From Candidatus Asgardarchaeum abyssi (GTDB lineage Archaea; Asgardarchaeota; Asgardarchaeia; Asgardarchaeales; Asgardarchaeaceae), in assembly GCA_040225955.1 (NCBI GenBank), contig JBECUL010000036.1, positions 1-22,026 of the forward strand: a DNA stretch of 22,026 nucleotides, written 5' to 3'. Within the stretch, counting starts at the first letter, position 1. Each line of letters begins with the position of its first letter. Positions 16,777 to 22,026 of this stretch are shown here, in pieces. Both the position numbers and the translations under genes were made by a program. The notes under the pieces are model-generated. The model saw only the letters and a list, made by a program, of their open reading frames with translations. It searched no databases and was not told the DNA's origin.

Positions 16777-17190
16777 ATGTCTATACGTATTATGGTGGCT
16801 TTAGAAAATACTATTTTCACAGCTGGAGATATTCTTAAGGGTGAAGTAATAATAGCATCTTCTAATATCATAACAGAGATTTTGGAGATTATAATCAATC
16901 TTAAAGTACTCGAAAATGTAGTATTAGAGGGGAAAAGAGAATCGTATGTATTCTACAACACTAACTATAAGATATATGATCGAAAGCAGTTAATTCAAAC
17001 TAGTATCGACAAAGGTCTAACTATTCCTTTTCAAATAATTCTTCCGTATGATGCGCCAGGAACATATAATGGGCACTATGCAAAATGCCTATGGACTTTA
17101 AGAGTAAAGGTTATACTTAAAGGAAATAAGGAAATAATAAAAGAAATACCCTTTATTGTTCTTCCACATCCACAATATATTGAAAGCTAG
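16777..17190 (+). CDS. Arrestin-N / Spo0M / Vps26-like beta-sandwich protein
   Basis: FTAGDILKGEVII...IIINLKVLE...IPFQIILPYDAPGTYNG....LWTLRVKV...IPFIVLP matches arrestin-N hallmarks; GGTGA SD. Confidence 0.75.
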   Translation: MSIRIMVALENTIFTAGDILKGEVIIASSNIITEILEIIINLKVLENVVLEGKRESYVFYNTNYKIYDRKQLIQTSIDKGLTIPFQIILPYDAPGTYNGHYAKCLWTLRVKVILKGNKEIIKEIPFIVLPHPQYIES

Positions 17191-17199
17191 GTTGAATAG

Positions 17200-17886
17200 C
17201 TATAAATAAGAATCAAGCTTTTTCTGCTTATTTCCGAATTTTACCTCAATCTCTTTGATAGTCTCCCATGTTCTTCTAACTATTGGAGGCCATGTTCTCT
17301 TTCTTACATAAAGATCAATAAGGAATTGTTTTGTTTTAGGGTCGCTTGGATAGCCGCTTCCGAAATCTCCGAATTTCTGTTTCATCTTTTGTATAATACT
17401 ATCTCTTTTTACTTTAGCTATTATAGAAGCAGCAGAGACTATGGGATACTTTTTATCTGCATCATGCTCTGCAATTATTTCACACTTGTCATTTTTAATT
17501 AAGGGTTTTATGTTTCTTGTAAATCGTTTAACATTGATATCTGGGCAATCTATGTATACTTTATCAGGATTTAGGAAATTTATTATTTCGGCCATTTTTT
17601 CAAGTTCTAATTGATTTAATGTTTTATGCTTAATTATGCGAGAATCTATTTCTTCAGGAGAAATAATAAGGATTTTGTAATCATCAATAATTTTAATTAT
17701 CATAGAGAAGAGTTCTTCTCTTTTTTTAGGTGTTAGCATTTTTGAGTCTTTTACTCCGAGGGAATCAAGCCTGTTGATGTCATTCTCACTTAATATAAGA
17801 ATTCCCACAATAACCATAGGTCCTATTACTGGGCCTCTTCCTGCCTCATCAATTCCCACAATTTTCATAGTATCATCCATCTTCAT
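17200..17886 (-). CDS. rnhB: Ribonuclease HII
   Basis: GIDEAGRGPVIGPMV, GVKDSK, VSAASIIAKVKRD, FGSGYPSDP, PIP-like QKKLDSYL; start may be 17868. Confidence 0.97.
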   Translation of the reverse strand: MKMDDTMKIVGIDEAGRGPVIGPMVIVGILILSENDINRLDSLGVKDSKMLTPKKREELFSMIIKIIDDYKILIISPEEIDSRIIKHKTLNQLELEKMAEIINFLNPDKVYIDCPDINVKRFTRNIKPLIKNDKCEIIAEHDADKKYPIVSAASIIAKVKRDSIIQKMKQKFGDFGSGYPSDPKTKQFLIDLYVRKRTWPPIVRRTWETIKEIEVKFGNKQKKLDSYL

Positions 17887-18003
17887 AAGTAACTCTTAAA
17901 TACTAAAAATAAAACCATAATTAATAGAAGGAATTTTGAAAGATATTTTTTAGTCACTTAAAAATTTTGAGGTAAATAATTAGCAACAATAAAGGCGATT
18001 CTA

Positions 18004-18540
18004 ATGAGTGAAAAACTTCTCGTTTATAAGGTTGTCATGGCTGGTGACGCAGCCGTTGGAAAAACGAGTTTGATAAAAAGGCATGTTGACCATACTTTTA
18101 CTAAGGAATACTTAACTACTGTGGGTATCCAAGTTAGCGTAAAAGAATATAGAGTTGAAGATTTCCTTGTTAAAGCTATGATTTGGGATATTGCGGGTCA
18201 ACAAACCTTTGATAAGGTTCACTCACTTTATTTTAAAGATTCCGATGCTGGTATATTTGTTTACGATATCACGCGAAGAGATACTTTTAGGAATATAAAA
18301 TTATGGTATAAGAAACTTCAAACTAACTCTCCTGGCGCTTTAGCAATATTATGTGCCAATAAAAAGGATCTTGAGTGGAAAAGAGAAGTTGGATTTGATG
18401 AAGGACAAAGATTAGCTAAACAAATTAAAGCAAAGTTTTTCATAGAAACATCAGCATTAACCGGCGAAGGTGTTGATGATCTTTTTGAAATGCTTCTAGA
18501 AGTACTATTATTAGAAAAAGAAAGAGCGGTGGAACTTTAA
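18004..18540 (+). CDS. Rab-like small GTPase (Ras superfamily)
   Basis: G1 GDAAVGKTS, G2 TTVG, G3 WDIAGQ, FVYDIT, G4 NKKD, G5 ETSAL. Confidence 0.93.
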   Translation: MSEKLLVYKVVMAGDAAVGKTSLIKRHVDHTFTKEYLTTVGIQVSVKEYRVEDFLVKAMIWDIAGQQTFDKVHSLYFKDSDAGIFVYDITRRDTFRNIKLWYKKLQTNSPGALAILCANKKDLEWKREVGFDEGQRLAKQIKAKFFIETSALTGEGVDDLFEMLLEVLLLEKERAVEL

Positions 18541-18541
18541 C

Positions 18542-20209
18542 CTAAAAGGGCTTTAAATTTAGAATTTTTGAAATATTCAGCTCAAAAAGTACGACTGGAT
18601 TCTCTAGATTAAAATTCACTAGTACCTCTGGATTTACTTCACCAACTATGCCCACCTCACTATTATCGCAGATTATTTTTGCAGATCGTCCGCTTATGAA
18701 ATATGGATAGTTATATCGCTTTAATGTATATTTCTTGCCGATTTGTATCATCAACTGATGAAGAGGCGCATGTATATCTTCAAAGCTAATTTCGTAATCG
18801 GTCACAGCTGCGGATAGATTCCTATATTGAATTGTTTTTGTTTCAGCTTTTTCATCCACAATTACAACATCACCTATTTCAAAAATTTTCTGTGGATATG
18901 GAGCATGTATATTATTACTTAAGAATTTTAAAATTCCTGGAAATAAAGAATCTCTAAGTACCGTATAAAGACTTGTTACTGGGTTAGCGACTTCAACAAC
19001 ATTCTTTTCCTCTCTTAGTACTTTTCGGAATAGTATGTCTTTATTTGTAAAAATGTAGTTTCTTATCTCTTGGAAGCCATTACCTATCATAATGTCTCTT
19101 ATTAATTCCGTTACTCTCTCAGTCTCATGTATCTTACCAATTGTGAATAAATTAGGAAGCTCAGGTGTTAAGTTATTATATCCAAATGCGATAGCAACAT
19201 CTTCGGCGATGTCAACTGGATGCAAGAAGTCAGCCCTCCAAGGAGGAATAATAACTTTAATTTTATCAGCGTCTATTGGCTTTGCATCCAATCTAGCTCT
19301 CCTTAAGTAATTAATTACTTCGTCTCTTGTTAAGACTTTGCCAACAACTTTACTTATATATGTCACTGAAGCATCAATTTCATTGTTATCAAATTTAGGA
19401 GATAAGAAACTATATGACGGATATTTAACTTCAATCAACTCTATTTTACCTCTTCTTTCAGCTAAGTTAGCTACAATTGTATTTAAGGCATAATTTATAA
19501 CATCTTCGGAAAGACCTGTTACATCTATGAAAAGGTTTTTAGTATCCTCTGTAACACGAGTATCCTCGCTATTAATAATCGGCGGCATTGAAAGTACTGT
19601 CCCCTCAGAGTCAATAAGTAGTGGATACTCAGGGGCTCCCTGTAATAAGTGTGCAAATTCTATACCCTTAGGATGTTTTTCAAGTATCTCTCTCCCATTC
19701 ATTTCTTCTTTAGTATCCAATGGCACGAATCGTATTTTTTCAGGAGGTAGAGCAAGATAAGTTATTGGAGGTTTAATTTTATCCAAATCATATATTCCAA
19801 TAGATGCTTTTTTCCTATTTCTACACCATGTCATATGGAGCTTTTCTTGAAGTTGTAACGATTGAATTAAAGCGTCCTCGGATAAATTCACACCTCTCAC
19901 TATAGCTGCAACTATATAAGGACGCACTTTTAAAACACTACTATCCACTTTTAGATGAGTTGTTGCTGGTAAAATTGGATATTCAGGAATTCCAGTTTCA
20001 ATTTCAAGAAATCCCTTAATTGCTCTTGCCCACCCCTCAGTAGAGAGCAGATCTATCCTATCAGCAGTGATCTCTATAGTAATTTCTTTACCCTCAACCT
20101 CCTCAACCTCTCCTTTTAATAATAAAATTATCTCTTCCAGCTCATCTAGTGGTATTTCTTTACCAATAAGTTTTATTAAATCCCCATAATTTATTGTGAT
20201 AGTTGGCAT
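18542..20209 (-). CDS. pheT: Phenylalanine--tRNA ligase beta subunit (archaeal type)
   Basis: MPTITI, DRIDLLSTEG, LQEKLH...RNRKKASIGIYD, LSMPPIINS, RADFLHPVDIAEDVAIAFGY. Confidence 0.97.
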   Translation of the reverse strand: MPTITINYGDLIKLIGKEIPLDELEEIILLLKGEVEEVEGKEITIEITADRIDLLSTEGWARAIKGFLEIETGIPEYPILPATTHLKVDSSVLKVRPYIVAAIVRGVNLSEDALIQSLQLQEKLHMTWCRNRKKASIGIYDLDKIKPPITYLALPPEKIRFVPLDTKEEMNGREILEKHPKGIEFAHLLQGAPEYPLLIDSEGTVLSMPPIINSEDTRVTEDTKNLFIDVTGLSEDVINYALNTIVANLAERRGKIELIEVKYPSYSFLSPKFDNNEIDASVTYISKVVGKVLTRDEVINYLRRARLDAKPIDADKIKVIIPPWRADFLHPVDIAEDVAIAFGYNNLTPELPNLFTIGKIHETERVTELIRDIMIGNGFQEIRNYIFTNKDILFRKVLREEKNVVEVANPVTSLYTVLRDSLFPGILKFLSNNIHAPYPQKIFEIGDVVIVDEKAETKTIQYRNLSAAVTDYEISFEDIHAPLHQLMIQIGKKYTLKRYNYPYFISGRSAKIICDNSEVGIVGEVNPEVLVNFNLENPVVLFELNISKILNLKPF

Positions 20210-20213
20210 TATA

Positions 20214-21740
20214 TCACCACCTTAGACTCTTTTCCCTTAACCACTGAAGGTCTTGAGAATGAAGATACCTTATATCATCAATACCAAGTTTTAGCATTGC
20301 TAATCTATCTATACCTATTCCCCAAGCCAACACTTGAATTCTAGGATAATCGATACCGAGAGGTAATAGAACTTCAGGTCTAAATAGACCAGCTCCGAGG
20401 GCCTCAAACCAACCAAGTTTAGGATGATATAGAAAAGCTTCCACGCTCGGCTCTGTAAACGGAAAGTATGATGGCTTAAATTTGATTTTTTCAAATCCAA
20501 GTTCAATAGCAAATTGCTTAAGATACCCGAGTAAGTGTTTTAAATTCAAGCCTTCTCCTACAACTATACCTTCGCACTGCATAAATTCAATGCTATGGGT
20601 TCTATCAATTACATCTGGTCTGAATACTTTATCTATTGAAAACATCTTGTATGGTATAGGTACTCCTCTCGCTAAGGTTCTTGCTGAAACAGAAGTTGTC
20701 TGACTTCTAAGAATCAATCGTCTAGCTATTTGGAAATTCCACTTATAATTCCATCCAGTAGATCCAGTTATCCATCCCTTTTCATGAGTTTCCTTAACTC
20801 TTTCAACAAGTGGTGTAAGTGAAACATTTGCTGTCTGTGGTTTTTTAACTATAAAGCTATCATGTATCTCTCTAGCTACATGATCTTGTGGTTGAAATAA
20901 TACATCAAAATTCCAAAACTCGGCTTCCACGAGAGGCCCCTTAGCCTCTACGAATCCCATAGAAATTAATATTTTCCTTATTTCTTCAAGAAACACTGTA
21001 TATGGATGTTTTTTACCAGGATACACCATAGGTGGCATGGCTTCAATATTATATGGTTTAAACTCAACAGATTTCCATTTTCCTGTTATAATAAGCTCAT
21101 GATTTAACCTTGCTATTGTTTCTCTGACTACTTCTATTTTTTTGGTTAAATCCAATCCTTTCTCTGTTAGAGAGAGAATCCACTCTTTTTCTTCCCGAAT
21201 ATTAACTAATTTTCGTTCAACAGCTTCATCTATAGCGTCTCTTAGTTCAGTTGATATTTCATTTTCACTGACTTCCTTATTCTCTTTAATGAACAACAGA
21301 AGTTCTTCTAATTTGGTTCTCTCAGGAATGCTCTTTATTAATGGAGATACATATGTTATATTATCTATTTTCTCAAGCGATATCCACTTCTTACGTCTTG
21401 CCCAGTTCAGAGCTATATTAAGCTCCTGCTTTGTTAATGACGTAATTATTCTTGGTAATTCTTTAGTGGAAACACGTTTAATTTTCAGTAATTCTTGAAG
21501 AAGACGGGCCTCAGGTAGTCTCAGTGTGACATATCTAGAACCCTCATCAGTTACTCTAAAGTATTTATGGATAACTTCTTCTACTTCAATTAGTTTCTTT
21601 ACTCTTAATGACTCAATGGTTGCTAAAACTTGATCAACGCGTATTCCTGCTTCTTCAGCTATAGCTTCTGCATCGGCTTTTCTATTAAGTTTTGATAATG
21701 CAACTAAAACTTTCTTTTCAATTGTACTTAACACTGGCAT
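20214..21740 (-). CDS. pheS: Phenylalanine--tRNA ligase alpha subunit (archaeal type)
   Basis: GKKHPY, FWNFDVLFQPQDHVARE, LRSQTT, FRPD, YFPFTEPS, GAGLFRPE, AWGIGIDRL; ATG 21740 (TTG 21743 in ORF track). Confidence 0.97.
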   Translation of the reverse strand: MPVLSTIEKKVLVALSKLNRKADAEAIAEEAGIRVDQVLATIESLRVKKLIEVEEVIHKYFRVTDEGSRYVTLRLPEARLLQELLKIKRVSTKELPRIITSLTKQELNIALNWARRKKWISLEKIDNITYVSPLIKSIPERTKLEELLLFIKENKEVSENEISTELRDAIDEAVERKLVNIREEKEWILSLTEKGLDLTKKIEVVRETIARLNHELIITGKWKSVEFKPYNIEAMPPMVYPGKKHPYTVFLEEIRKILISMGFVEAKGPLVEAEFWNFDVLFQPQDHVAREIHDSFIVKKPQTANVSLTPLVERVKETHEKGWITGSTGWNYKWNFQIARRLILRSQTTSVSARTLARGVPIPYKMFSIDKVFRPDVIDRTHSIEFMQCEGIVVGEGLNLKHLLGYLKQFAIELGFEKIKFKPSYFPFTEPSVEAFLYHPKLGWFEALGAGLFRPEVLLPLGIDYPRIQVLAWGIGIDRLAMLKLGIDDIRYLHSQDLQWLREKSLRW

Positions 21741-22026
21741 CAACCAGTAGATACCCCCATAAGTTGTTCTCTAAAATTGAGGGAAATACTATATTTAGTG
21801 AATAACGAAAATGAGTATAAAACGTAACCAAAAATAAATACACAATGTGTGAAGATTATTGAAATTGGTAGGGCATCACCAAATCCCAACCTGATTATAT
21901 ATCTCTTAAGAATTGATTGTATGTAATTAATAAATCTTTCTTTTATTACGAGCACTTGTAAAAAATATGCCTCAAAAAATCAAATTTCAGCCCCTTTTGA
22001 AAAATAAAGCTCCGTATCCACTTATC

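Noticed and set aside
804-21498. Antisense or overlapping ORFs (804-1046, 1463-1747, 4807-5058, 5248-5508, 8492-8926, 9380-9826, 10190-10390, 10744-11169, 12159-12404, 19092-19310, 19527-19760, 20315-20512, 20482-20703, 21142-21498)
   Set aside because: They overlap better-supported genes and show no recognisable motifs
21740-21955. 71-aa ORF upstream of pheS
   Set aside because: No motif or convincing SD; probably spans the pheS promoter region, although it cannot be fully excluded

Overview
AT-rich archaeal chromosomal window. It is most consistent with a thermophilic Asgard-type archaeon; this is an inference from a Rab-like GTPase, two longin/uDENN-like proteins and an arrestin-N-like protein lying among archaeal-type FEN-1, RNase HII, RNase Z and PheRS genes. 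Housekeeping content: tldD/pmbA, fen, a DUF72-SWIM protein, a DUF355 adenosine-kinase-like protein, rnz, acdA, a DUF523 protein, an RsmC-like methyltransferase, a Nudix hydrolase, rnhB, pheT and pheS. No mobile element, CRISPR array, tRNA or rRNA was seen. Main signals missed by the ORF track: (1) a 38-aa Glu/Trp repeat peptide gene (11444-11328, minus) with a strong SD, divergent from a very basic ChrB/PaaX/Cas2-like protein; (2) a GC-rich two-hairpin RNA candidate with ACA after each hairpin (6289-6394); (3) a DUF72 gene whose conserved N-terminus has no in-frame canonical start at the FEN-1 junction; (4) a Zn-finger/longin gene pair sharing a C-terminal Trp motif. All family calls come from motif recognition by eye; no searches were run.
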